A stretch of 49,194 nucleotides of DNA, the filler included, from Candidatus Woesearchaeota archaeon (GTDB lineage Archaea > Nanobdellota > Nanobdellia > Woesearchaeales > DATGWN01), in assembly GCA_047603125.1 (NCBI GenBank). It is 2 parts of 2 records of this genome, joined end to end, with 100 filler letters (N's around TTAATTAATTAA, not from the genome) between each part and the next. Parts side by side here need not be neighbours in the genome. Positions count along the whole stretch, not along the records: positions 1 to 24,685 come from JBLKOU010000014.1; 1 more part is not named here. One strand, given 5' to 3'. Below are positions 1 to 9,589 of the stretch, piece by piece (the stretch's first letter is position 1; every line of letters starts with the position of its first letter). The notes below the pieces were generated by a model. The model made no database searches. It was not told the origin of the DNA and saw only the letters and a program-made list of their open reading frames with translations. Both the position numbers and the translations under genes were made by a program.

Positions 1-318
1 ATGGCAATATACCAAGATGCTCGGCTTGATTCGTACATTGGAAAACACATAGTTGCAACTTATGTTGCTGGTTCTGTAGAAAAGAAAGTAGCTGGAGTTT
101 TACGCTCTCTCCATCATGACTTTAAGTTAGAAGTGGATAATTTAGTTTTACCAATTGTTGGAGTCACAGGGGCAGTAAGGTCTGTTCATATTGACAATAA
201 ACCCGTTTATGAGAACCCCCATATAAAAAAACCATATAAAGGTATGTTTGATATGGGAAAACGTGCGAAATTAATGCAAAAAACCTTTGGATCGGATATA
301 GGGGATAGGCTGGATTAG
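1..318 (+). CDS. hypothetical protein
   Basis: 105-aa ORF from ATG at the window edge; converges on the next gene with overlapping stops; no recognisable motif. Confidence 0.6.
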   Translation: MAIYQDARLDSYIGKHIVATYVAGSVEKKVAGVLRSLHHDFKLEVDNLVLPIVGVTGAVRSVHIDNKPVYENPHIKKPYKGMFDMGKRAKLMQKTFGSDIGDRLD

Positions 319-674
319 TTTCTTTGCACTCGAGGATAATTTTGTAAAGCCGTACTTGCTGCAAATAATTCTCGGGCAAGTTGTATTTTTCCATTAGCTC
401 TGTCTTTTGTAGCTTGTCTTGCCAAATCGTTACCAAGTAAAACCGCAGACGTATTTCTTCCATAAACTTGTACGAGATAATCGCTCAATTCTCTGACACT
501 CCCAAACCCTTCAATCATTCGAGGATGTTTTGTATTTGCATCCATATATGGTACTGATATGGACCATGCACGATCTAAATGGTGAGCGCTTATATTGTCC
601 TTTGTTGTTTGCAAGACGACATCACTCAAAACATCATATTGTAAATTGCCAACATGAAAAAAGAAATCACTCAT
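315..674 (-). CDS. hypothetical protein
   Basis: 119-aa ORF whose ATG overlaps the TGA of the upstream RPA-like gene (ATGA). Confidence 0.65.
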   Translation of the reverse strand: MSDFFFHVGNLQYDVLSDVVLQTTKDNISAHHLDRAWSISVPYMDANTKHPRMIEGFGSVRELSDYLVQVYGRNTSAVLLGNDLARQATKDRANGKIQLARELFAASTALQNYPRVQRN

Positions 675-1315
675 TTTAACACCTTGATAATACCGGGCTT
701 GAGCTCAAAAATTTCACCATTAAGTAAAAGTCGTTCTATTCTTTTTTGCACATCCATTTCTGGTTCTTGTTCTAAAACTTTTTCTTTGAGCAATTCAACA
801 TCAACTCCTTTTCCTCCATCAAGGGAATCTATTAGTGATAACATTCCTTGAAGTGATTGTAAGTCGCCTTTTTCAGGTTCTTCTTCTGGCTCATCTGTTT
901 TTTCAACTGTTGTTTTTTGTGGCTCGCTTTTTTGATGTTTTGTTTCTTTTTTACGAATTTCTAACCATTTTCCATCAATTTTTCGAACAATTTCAGGGAC
1001 AATATACAATTCATTCATATATAATCGCGGTCTGCCAATAACAAGAACTGTTGCTCCGACTGCTAATGGGAATGGTTCTTTAATAGTATCAAAACTGCGA
1101 AGCCGTATTGTTTGTGTTCCATCGTCAATCATGCCTGAAAAAACTTCTCCAGGTATGTATTCGACAAGTACTCCAATGATATTCACACGACCGATTTCAT
1201 CATTTGCAATTTTTACAACATTTGGTTCCCAACCTTCGCGTTCAATATATTCTCCGTTTTTCAATGTTGCAATATTTACGATTTTTGCTATTTGTCTTTT
1301 TGGTGTTGTTGTCAT
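671..1315 (-). CDS. RPA32/RPA2-like OB-fold ssDNA-binding protein with C-terminal winged helix
   Basis: OB-fold signature RVNIIGVLV...IDDGTQTIRLRSF...VLVIGRPRLY..ELYIVPE, acidic linker, WH end (LLLNGEIFELKPG); ATGA-coupled to mcm. Confidence 0.8.
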   Translation of the reverse strand: MTTTPKRQIAKIVNIATLKNGEYIEREGWEPNVVKIANDEIGRVNIIGVLVEYIPGEVFSGMIDDGTQTIRLRSFDTIKEPFPLAVGATVLVIGRPRLYMNELYIVPEIVRKIDGKWLEIRKKETKHQKSEPQKTTVEKTDEPEEEPEKGDLQSLQGMLSLIDSLDGGKGVDVELLKEKVLEQEPEMDVQKRIERLLLNGEIFELKPGIIKVLK

Positions 1316-4300
1316 AGTATTCTGCTAATAAAGCCGCGCTTTGGCTCAAAAATATCTCCGTTTAATTTTAGGCGCTCAAGTGCTTCTTCAACTTTCTCTT
1401 CACTCATTCCTTTTTGAGAAGCAAGATCATATACTTTTTCTACAGGTATTATTTTTCCTTCTTTTTCTTCGAGTTCTTTAATAATTTCTCTAATATTAAT
1501 AACCTTAGACCGCTGTGATGTTGTGAAACCAGTTTGAATACGATCAATGTCAACTCGTCCTGTTTCCGGATCAACACCGATTTGTGAGAGACAATAATCA
1601 AGCATTTCAATTGCTTTTCTTGCATCTTTTACTGTTGCTTTTTGAGATAATCGCAACCTAGCATTTGCTTCTGTCATACGAACAAGCGCTTCTAGTTGTC
1701 TTGCAGAAAGAGAAATAGCAGTCATAGAGTCCTCCCCTTTGTTTGCATTTCTCATTTTTACATAATATGTTTTGAGCTCTTGCAGCGCAGAATCTGTTAA
1801 TGTAGGGAAAATATTTTTTCTTGCATAAATAATAAATTTTTTGAGTTTATCAGTGCTTAATTCTGGTTCTTTATTTGCATGTCTTTGGTGCATACCTAAA
1901 ACAAATGTTGCGAGTCGTTCATCACCTTCTTCATTTGGTAAATCGCGAAATGGAAAAATTAAATCAAACCTGTTGATTAACGCGGGCGGCAAATCAATTT
2001 GTTTTGCAATATTCTCGAAAGGATCAAAACGTCCCATCTTTGGGTTGGCAGCTGCAAGAACCGTTGTTTCACACATAAGCGTTGCTTGAATATTTGCTTT
2101 TGCAACAGTAACCGATTGTTGTTCGAGCGCTTCGTGCATGGCTGAACGGTCTTCTGTTGTCATCTTATCGAGCTCATCAATCATACAAATTCCTCTGTTT
2201 GCTAATACTAATGCACCAGCTTCAAGTGCCCAGCCTCCCATAAAATCATCTTTTATAACTGAAGCAGTATTATGAACAAGTATACCGTCTACAACAAAAT
2301 TATGAGATTTTTCTACAGTTAAATCATAAACATAATCAAAGTTACACGAGATTTCTTTTTTCTTCACAACTTTTTCAAAAACAATATCACTTGTGAGAAT
2401 TTGTAATAGTTCTTCAATTTTTTGTGAACGATGTTTAAGAGACTTAATAATTTCTATACACTTGTTTCGTGAAATTGTAGGGTGCCACTGAGCTTTTCTT
2501 AAAGATATTTTTTGTTCTTGTAATTCTTTTTTAATAATGTGTGCAACGTTAGGAATTTGAGTTAAATTAGAATGACTTTTTTTAGAAGTCGTAAGTATTT
2601 TTTGTAGTTTTTTCTGTTTTTCTGGATGCTTGAGTGAAAACGTTTTGGCAAATGTTTGTAATTGTGCGTGCCCTCGTATTTCTATAACGTATTTTTGGTG
2701 CTTTCCATTAATTGTTCCCCTGCTGGCTGGTCGCTTTCGAATTGTTGCACGTAATTCGTAACGTAATAAAACAAGTTGAAGTTGTTTTGCAAGTTGAGAC
2801 GATGTTGTTGTTAATTCAATTGAATCTGAGCCAACTTTTCCTTCTCGAAGATAAATACTTCCGTCCGCATCATATAAACCTGCAATATAGTGCGCCAAGT
2901 AATCGTTGGTGAAATGCAACAATGTATCAGAAAAACATATTTTATCGGATTTAGGCGACACACACATTCCTAATGAAAAGAGAATTTCAGCTAGTATTTT
3001 AGAGGTTGTCCGAACACTTGCTGGTCTAATACTCGTTGCAGGTTGCTCATCAAATGGTAGTTGAAATTCACGCGTAAGTATTTTTTTATATGCGTCAAGC
3101 AGTATTTTTTGAGAGTTTGAAAGGCGAACAGCGTACGTATTATTTGCTTTTTTTGCAATATCCCCATCTCCTGCCAGTAACCCACAGACATAGAGAAATT
3201 CAGGTGATATATATGTCGGGATGGTGTGTTTTTTCCCATTATAGAGAGAAATAATTTTTACAGCGGTTTCATATTGAGTATCTGCCAATTTTGCTATTTT
3301 TTTCAGATCCCAAAGTTTAATGTTTCCTGCTGCCTTTTCATTAATCCAGTGATGATATAATTGATTTTCATTTACTTGTAATTCTTGCGCAATACTTCTT
3401 TTTGTTTTGTTTGTTTGTTGCAATGTTTCTATGAGAGATTTTACAAAAGGTTTGACAAAGTGAACGACGGGATTACTTTTAATGAGACTAACCGTGAAAA
3501 GATTTGTTACATTTCCCCCAATGAGTTTTTTTGGAGTTGCGATATATTGGTTCTCGCAAATATTCTTTGACTCTATCCATTTAAGTTGTCCATCTTCAAG
3601 ACAGAGAAGTTGAGTGTTTGCAGTCAGTTCTATTTCTTTACCTGTCTGGGTTTGAACTGAAATTAAATATTGCGGCGCGTCCAATTTCCATATCGCTTGC
3701 GGTTTTTTGGATTGAATTTTTAAGTTTTCAGACAGGCTTTGTATTGTAATATCACCTACATTTTCCTGTTTTAAAATTCCGGGACGATACTGAGTGGGAT
3801 TTGTGAGTCGAGGTTCAACAACATCTTTGATTTTTGTCATTGCCCCGGGGTTTAAATTAACAAGACTATTTGGGGAAACACAGAGTCCTGCTGCACTCGC
3901 GCCTTTTCCTGAAACATATCGTGCTTTGGGTGCAAATACTGATGCGCGCTTAAGGAGCTGACTATTATGAACAACAACACCGTTTGCAATAAAATTATGT
4001 GTTTGTTCTACTTCAAAATCATACACAAATCCTTTGTAAGGAACTGATTCAATTCGCGTGATTTTATCCCAGAAAATGTTTGCAGATGCAAGAGGAATTC
4101 CTGCGTTTTTTGCTACAGTTCTTGAGGGCAGCCTTGTTCCCTTCATATAATGTGCGCGTGTTTGTCGAGGAACGGATTCAGAACTAAATAAATGTCCGAT
4201 ATTCGGAATAACATCAATATTGGTGTTTTGTGGGAGTGTGAGAATATGTTTTAAAGTGCTTGCCTTATACTGAACAGTAAATCCAATTTCTTGTGCATAT

Positions 4301-6243
4301 GCTTGGCATGAAAAACGTGGTATGATAAGTTCATACGCATCTATTTTTTTCTTTTCAATCGTATTTGTTGCATGTTTTCTCTTATGCTTGAGCAGTGATA
4401 TAACTCCAAAACGGAGTAATGCCAGTTGCAATTCTTTTGCTAATTGTTTACTAATCGTACAATACTCGATTTGGCGTTTTGATTTATTCACATACGCGTC
4501 ACAATCAAATAATCCTTTAATAAATTGAGAGAGAATGCTATTTGGCGATTGCAGTATTTTTTGAGGAATTGTTTTTTTATTTGCTTTTTGCGTTATTTCA
4601 GTAAAATTTTTTGAAAAAAAAGCAAGCGTGTTTTCTCCAGAACAGTATAGTTCAAAAGTATTTATTTTTTTACGAATGCTGGGGCTGAGCTCAAATTCTG
4701 TTTTCAAAATAGAGCAAACATCTCCAAATATTTCATATGATTGTGTAGTCAGACCGACATACCCTGTTGTTTTTGTTTTTCTCAGGCATCCATCCCCCGT
4801 CAAATACCCTATAAATCGAGCAATTCTGTGATTGAGCAGTTGTGGATAGGTTTGGTTTTTTGTATTGTTGCTGTATTTTTTATGTGTATATTCTAATAAT
4901 TGGTATGAGCCATTTGTCGAAATACTTCTCGGTGTAGCAATATAATCTCCAACAGTAAATTCACTTGCGTGTTTTGCAACAACTTGTCCATTTATTGATT
5001 CAAAAAGTGGATGGTTTTTTGTTACTTCGAGTTCTTTTCCACTTCGTAAAGTAATTTTGAGGACTGACTCATCGACATATCGTTTCCAAAACTTTGTTGC
5101 TGTGCTTGTACCGCTTGTCCCATCAAGTTGAATGCTTGGTACTTGTATTTGAACTGGTGTGAATTCATTTTGAGAATGTTCAGCAATTTTTTGTATGGGT
5201 AAAATTGTTCCGTCACTCAATGTTACGAGTGTATTTGCAGTGACGCATTTTCCCGATCCGGGATCTCCAATTAAAAGAATGTGAATATCCCCTCTATTTT
5301 TTACTCCGTCCGGTCGTTTCTTTTGTACACCGCCAACAAATTGCATGAGTATGGCTTCTTTGACAATTTCGTGACCATAAATTCCAGGAGCAGAAGATTC
5401 AATTAATTTTTGACGAAAGTTAGGATCTTTTGCCATTTCTTGTAATTCTTTTTCTTCTTCTTTTGTTATTTTAATATCTAGATAATCTTCACTTAAGGAT
5501 TCAATGTAATTTCCATAATACAAGTAATCATACTTTGTCAGTTTTCCACCACCTTTTGCAGGAAGTTCGACTTCTCGTAGCACACCTGTGACACGTATAT
5601 TTGTTCCGGGGTTGGTTTTCTTTTCAGTAATGGGACTTACAAGATCGCTTTCTAAATAAATCTTCAATCGTTTTGGTTGTTCACCACCTTCTAAGTCTGA
5701 GCTGATTTCTTCAAGCACCATTCCTTGCGAATCCACTAATTCTTTGTCCATGAGTCGAAATTTTCCTTTGTATTGGCAATTTGGACAACGAACAGGTGTT
5801 CGAATTTTTTCTTCATTTTGACTGAGTTTTAATGTGTTACCACAACTTGGACATTCAAATGTTGCTGAAATCATTTTTGGGCGAACATCGGACTTTTGTC
5901 GAACAGTTCCTTCTAAAAACAAGAGTTTGTTTAAGTGATTAGAACGTAAATTTCTAATTAAACATTGTTCTTTTGGTGTTAAGTTTGAAAAACGAAAGTG
6001 AAATTTTTTTGGATCAACATCAATATCAAATTGTTCGATGGCTTTTTCAAAAATGCCATTCTTTTCAATAAATTCTTCTGGATTGTCCAATATATATGTT
6101 GCAATCTGCGGGTTGAATTTAGAGAGTGTTTGAAAATCGATGTGAAGTGCATAAACTCCTTGGCGAATTGCTTCTAAAACGTGAGCATGATAGTATTTTT
6201 GTAAGAATTCTTTAATTTGTTCTATCTGCTCTAAAGTCTCCAT
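1312..6243 (-). CDS. mcm: MCM replicative helicase precursor with two inteins (~677 aa after splicing)
   Basis: C4 zinc finger (CPSC..CPNC), Walker A GDPGSGK/S, IDELDKM, arginine finger NRFD; start moved to ATG 6243 (METLEQ), which has a TATA-like element upstream. Confidence 0.97.
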   Translation of the reverse strand: METLEQIEQIKEFLQKYYHAHVLEAIRQGVYALHIDFQTLSKFNPQIATYILDNPEEFIEKNGIFEKAIEQFDIDVDPKKFHFRFSNLTPKEQCLIRNLRSNHLNKLLFLEGTVRQKSDVRPKMISATFECPSCGNTLKLSQNEEKIRTPVRCPNCQYKGKFRLMDKELVDSQGMVLEEISSDLEGGEQPKRLKIYLESDLVSPITEKKTNPGTNIRVTGVLREVELPAKGGGKLTKYDYLYYGNYIESLSEDYLDIKITKEEEKELQEMAKDPNFRQKLIESSAPGIYGHEIVKEAILMQFVGGVQKKRPDGVKNRGDIHILLIGDPGSGKCVTANTLVTLSDGTILPIQKIAEHSQNEFTPVQIQVPSIQLDGTSGTSTATKFWKRYVDESVLKITLRSGKELEVTKNHPLFESINGQVVAKHASEFTVGDYIATPRSISTNGSYQLLEYTHKKYSNNTKNQTYPQLLNHRIARFIGYLTGDGCLRKTKTTGYVGLTTQSYEIFGDVCSILKTEFELSPSIRKKINTFELYCSGENTLAFFSKNFTEITQKANKKTIPQKILQSPNSILSQFIKGLFDCDAYVNKSKRQIEYCTISKQLAKELQLALLRFGVISLLKHKRKHATNTIEKKKIDAYELIIPRFSCQAYAQEIGFTVQYKASTLKHILTLPQNTNIDVIPNIGHLFSSESVPRQTRAHYMKGTRLPSRTVAKNAGIPLASANIFWDKITRIESVPYKGFVYDFEVEQTHNFIANGVVVHNSQLLKRASVFAPKARYVSGKGASAAGLCVSPNSLVNLNPGAMTKIKDVVEPRLTNPTQYRPGILKQENVGDITIQSLSENLKIQSKKPQAIWKLDAPQYLISVQTQTGKEIELTANTQLLCLEDGQLKWIESKNICENQYIATPKKLIGGNVTNLFTVSLIKSNPVVHFVKPFVKSLIETLQQTNKTKRSIAQELQVNENQLYHHWINEKAAGNIKLWDLKKIAKLADTQYETAVKIISLYNGKKHTIPTYISPEFLYVCGLLAGDGDIAKKANNTYAVRLSNSQKILLDAYKKILTREFQLPFDEQPATSIRPASVRTTSKILAEILFSLGMCVSPKSDKICFSDTLLHFTNDYLAHYIAGLYDADGSIYLREGKVGSDSIELTTTSSQLAKQLQLVLLRYELRATIRKRPASRGTINGKHQKYVIEIRGHAQLQTFAKTFSLKHPEKQKKLQKILTTSKKSHSNLTQIPNVAHIIKKELQEQKISLRKAQWHPTISRNKCIEIIKSLKHRSQKIEELLQILTSDIVFEKVVKKKEISCNFDYVYDLTVEKSHNFVVDGILVHNTASVIKDDFMGGWALEAGALVLANRGICMIDELDKMTTEDRSAMHEALEQQSVTVAKANIQATLMCETTVLAAANPKMGRFDPFENIAKQIDLPPALINRFDLIFPFRDLPNEEGDERLATFVLGMHQRHANKEPELSTDKLKKFIIYARKNIFPTLTDSALQELKTYYVKMRNANKGEDSMTAISLSARQLEALVRMTEANARLRLSQKATVKDARKAIEMLDYCLSQIGVDPETGRVDIDRIQTGFTTSQRSKVINIREIIKELEEKEGKIIPVEKVYDLASQKGMSEEKVEEALERLKLNGDIFEPKRGFISRIL
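2269..3882 (-). mobile_element. Intein 2 in MCM (538 aa), LAGLIDADG homing endonuclease
   Basis: SAAGL|CVSPNS...LVHN|TAS junctions, motifs CGLLAGDG and YIAGLYDADG. Confidence 0.95.
3964..5247 (-). mobile_element. Intein 1 in MCM Walker A (428 aa), LAGLIDADG homing endonuclease
   Basis: GSGK|CVTANT...VVHN|SQ junctions, block B TKNHP, motifs FIGYLTGDG and FIKGLFDCDA. Confidence 0.95.
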
Positions 6244-6465
6244 ACTAAGGGGGGAAGGTTTTGTATTTATAAAAATACTTTGTTTTTTTGTGGAAGATTT
6301 ATAAAAATGGGACGAATGCAATCAAACCCCAATATAAACTCGTTTTTATTGTTTTAATTGGAGTTGACTACTTTGGCATTGATATATTCGATGTTTTTAA
6401 ATAAAGGGTTGCAACACTGGCTTTCGCTGCGTCTACACTCCAAACTAAAAAGAAGAAAGAAAAAA

Positions 6466-7035
6466 TTATTTCTGTAATTTAATACCCATTTTTTGAAGAC
6501 GTTTAACAAGCATTTCAACAGCTGTGTAGACTTCTTCTTCTGATCGAGTACCCGTACAGACAATCTGTCCGTTTGAGAAAAGTAAAAATGTTGCTTTGGC
6601 TTCCATCAATTTATACACAAGACCGGGAAACTGCTCTGGCTCATATTCTGTGTTTTCAAGTTGCATGGCAAGATTGTTCAAATTTAATTCCATGTTAATT
6701 TTACCGGACGCAACAACATTTTGAATTTTAATTTGTGGTTTTATTGTGATTTTGATATTTATCTTTTCTAGTGCTTTGATAATTTGTTGAATACTTTCTT
6801 CAACTTTTTTGAGTGTTCTTGCACCAGTACAAACAACTTTACCACTTGAAAAAATAAGAGCGCTTGTTTTTGGGTCTTTAATCCGTAACACCAAGCCCGG
6901 AAATTGTTCTGGGTTGTATTCAGTATTTGGCAATGTTGCTGCCATTTTCTCCAAAGGAACATCATGTTCTAAGGATGTTGATACAACGATATTTACAATA
7001 TCGAGCTTTTCGTATGATTTTTTTGTTTCTGCCAT
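6466..7035 (-). CDS. tbp: TATA-box binding protein
   Basis: Two direct repeats with YNPEQFPGLV / YEPEQFPGLV and SGKVVCTGA. Confidence 0.98.
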   Translation of the reverse strand: MAETKKSYEKLDIVNIVVSTSLEHDVPLEKMAATLPNTEYNPEQFPGLVLRIKDPKTSALIFSSGKVVCTGARTLKKVEESIQQIIKALEKINIKITIKPQIKIQNVVASGKINMELNLNNLAMQLENTEYEPEQFPGLVYKLMEAKATFLLFSNGQIVCTGTRSEEEVYTAVEMLVKRLQKMGIKLQK

Positions 7036-7180
7036 TCTAATCCCTACTGGTCAATTAATACGTATAAGAATGATTCTTTTATTTATAAAGGTTTCATTTA
7101 TAAAGAAATCAGTTTATTTATAAACCACCCCTTTATTTCCTGTGGAAACATTTAAATTCTTACCAATATTTTACTAAAAC

Positions 7181-7792
7181 ATGGGACAATATGTGTACAG
7201 TATTGCTATTGCGTTTGGAATATGCCTTGCGTGGCTTTTATTTTTAACATTTTTCTTTCCAACATATGAAATATATCAATTTTTTGCACAAACTCCGGTT
7301 GAATCAGAACAAGCAATCGCTGATCATCAACAAATTACGTATTATTTACTGGGAATGCAACCGCAATTAAATGCATCACTGTATACGCAGCGTGAACTTA
7401 TTCACATGCAAGATGTACGATTTTTATTTTGGCTTGCAATTTCCCTAGTGCTTTTCATAGGTGCGGTTCTTTGGTTTTCTCGTCAATATCATTCTCACAA
7501 AGTATACCAAAAGGTTGGAATATTGCTTGTCGGTGTGCCCTTCGCTTTATTGTTTTTCTCAATTGCTTTTTTTCAAACAGTCTTTACGTGGTTTCATAAG
7601 CTTTTATTCACAAATGATTATTGGCTTTTGCCAACAAATGCGCACCTACTTGGGCTGTATCCCGAATCCTTTTTCTTTTCTTTTGCAATTCTTTGGATGA
7701 CAAGCTGTGTTGCTACAGGCCTGTTACTGACTGGTGTGACTACTGAGAATTTGAAAAGTGTTGTATTGAAAAAAAGTAGTAAAAAGACGTAA
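7181..7792 (+). CDS. DUF1461 / Lit-like (lipoprotein intramolecular transacylase family) membrane protein
   Basis: 4 TM segments; motifs ELIHMQDVRFLF and FTWFHKLLFTNDYWLL...LYPESFF. Confidence 0.75.
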   Translation: MGQYVYSIAIAFGICLAWLLFLTFFFPTYEIYQFFAQTPVESEQAIADHQQITYYLLGMQPQLNASLYTQRELIHMQDVRFLFWLAISLVLFIGAVLWFSRQYHSHKVYQKVGILLVGVPFALLFFSIAFFQTVFTWFHKLLFTNDYWLLPTNAHLLGLYPESFFFSFAILWMTSCVATGLLLTGVTTENLKSVVLKKSSKKT

Positions 7793-7873
7793 GATATATA
7801 AAGTAGTATGAACGAAAGTGATATAGCTTTCAAAAATTTATTTGTAAAGTAAAAAAAAGGGGTGACAAAGAAA

Positions 7874-8701
7874 ATGATTGTTAAAGAAGAATTTATGAGC
7901 AAATTGCGTCGATATTTTGGACTTAATTTGTACGAAGTGAAAATATGGACTGCGCTATTATCACGAGGTGTGGCGACAGCAGGAGAATTATCAGATATTG
8001 CTGATGTTCCGCGAAGTAGAAGTTATGATGTTCTTGAATCGCTAGAAAAAAGTGGTTTTGTTGTTATGAAAATTGGAAAGCCAATTAAATATATTGCGGT
8101 AGATCCAATGGAAGTAGTAGAGCGTGTGAAAAAAAATGTTCACACGAGTGCAAAAGAAAAAGTAACAAATTTAGAAAATCTCAAATCAACAGATGTTTTA
8201 CAAGAATTAAAATCATTACATACACAAGGTGTTGAACTCGTTGAACCTTCGGATTTAAGTGGCTCAATTCGTGGTCGACATAATCTATACAGCCATCTTG
8301 AATTAACAATTTCAGGTGCAGAAAAGACAGTGACTATGATGACAACAGCACCAGGTTTGATTCGAAAAGCAGAAAGTCTGCGACCTATTTTTGAAAAAAT
8401 CAAAAAACGGGGCGTTGTTATTCGCGTAGCGGCACCATTAACAAAAGATTGTGCAAATGCAGTGGCAGAACTTGCAGATGTTTGTGAAGTGCGTCACACA
8501 GATGCAGTTGTCGGTCGATTCACGCTAGTAGACTCAAACGAATTAGTGTTTATGGTGATGGATTGCTCGCAAGTACACCCGACATATGATGTAGGAATTT
8601 GGGTAAATACGCCATTTTTCGCACAAACGCTAGAAAACTTATTTGAGCTTGCTTGGAAACAAATGAAGCCGGCGAAAGATGTTATTAAAGTAAAGGCCTA
8701 G
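7874..8701 (+). CDS. TrmB-family transcriptional regulator / chromatin protein
   Basis: FGLNLYEVK...VPRSRSYDVLESLEKSG wHTH plus C-terminal effector-like domain; GGGGTGA SD before ATG 7874. Confidence 0.9.
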   Translation: MIVKEEFMSKLRRYFGLNLYEVKIWTALLSRGVATAGELSDIADVPRSRSYDVLESLEKSGFVVMKIGKPIKYIAVDPMEVVERVKKNVHTSAKEKVTNLENLKSTDVLQELKSLHTQGVELVEPSDLSGSIRGRHNLYSHLELTISGAEKTVTMMTTAPGLIRKAESLRPIFEKIKKRGVVIRVAAPLTKDCANAVAELADVCEVRHTDAVVGRFTLVDSNELVFMVMDCSQVHPTYDVGIWVNTPFFAQTLENLFELAWKQMKPAKDVIKVKA

Positions 8702-8767
8702 ACCTTTACTTCTTTCCAGTAATAACAAAACGAAACATTTATATTTTCTTTCTTAATTCTTATTTTT

Positions 8768-9589
8768 ATGCACAGAGCCGGACACACTATTTTACTTCCT
8801 GAGCAAGTTATGTATGATAAAGAGTTTGCAAAAGTGTTGTATAAAAAACGCGATAAACTATCAGAACTAGTTTCTTGCGATAAGAATTACGACTCGGATC
8901 GGTTTAAAAAACTTGCAAATCGAAGAAATCAAATTATGGAAATTGCCGATTATTATGCCGTTAAGATTGAAAGAGAAGACCCGAATGATTCGAGAGGGTT
9001 AGCTAAACGAATAAAAGATGCTTGGGCTCAACTCGATTCTTTAGATACAACAAAAGATCCTATTTGCCATTCTCACGTAATTGGCGTTCTTCGAAATCTC
9101 ACATATGGTGCGAGCCAAAGGCATCCTCACGGGTATAGGGATGGTGATTTCGAATTAATCGTAGCAAAAAGATTATGTGACAATCAGAAAAAAATATATA
9201 GTCTCATGGATTCGTTTTTATATTTTGCAAATGGCATACGAGATCCTTTAAAAAAAGCTCTTTACCTTCATATAGGAATTGCTCATCTTCAACCTGGTTT
9301 AAATGGAAATAAAAGGGCCGGCCAGTTATTAAGTGATAAGGTTTTAGATAATATTGGGTTTCCTATTCCGTTTATTCCTGAGGTTGAGCATGAGTATTAT
9401 TCACAGATTTTATATAAAGCATCCTGTCAAATAGATTTACAAACACCAGAACAAATGCCTGCAGTACGTGAGGCTGCTAATTATCTATTGCAAAGAATAT
9501 CGGCAAGCATTGATCTTTTAGGAGAATGTTCCCAAATAAATTCGAAAAAGAGCAGTATTGTCAAAGCGCATGAGGAAATTTTTAGTTAG
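8768..9589 (+). CDS. Fic/Doc-family protein, degenerate motif
   Basis: DPLKKALYLHIGIAHLQPGLNGNKRAGQLL resembles HPFxxGN(G/K)RxxR. Confidence 0.65.
   Translation: MHRAGHTILLPEQVMYDKEFAKVLYKKRDKLSELVSCDKNYDSDRFKKLANRRNQIMEIADYYAVKIEREDPNDSRGLAKRIKDAWAQLDSLDTTKDPICHSHVIGVLRNLTYGASQRHPHGYRDGDFELIVAKRLCDNQKKIYSLMDSFLYFANGIRDPLKKALYLHIGIAHLQPGLNGNKRAGQLLSDKVLDNIGFPIPFIPEVEHEYYSQILYKASCQIDLQTPEQMPAVREAANYLLQRISASIDLLGECSQINSKKSSIVKAHEEIFS

Noticed and set aside
6358..6443. TTGGAGT/ACTCCAA inverted repeat with a nearby CTT, between tbp and mcm
   Set aside because: Only a weak resemblance to the CTT-bulge family; P2 and junction residues are missing.
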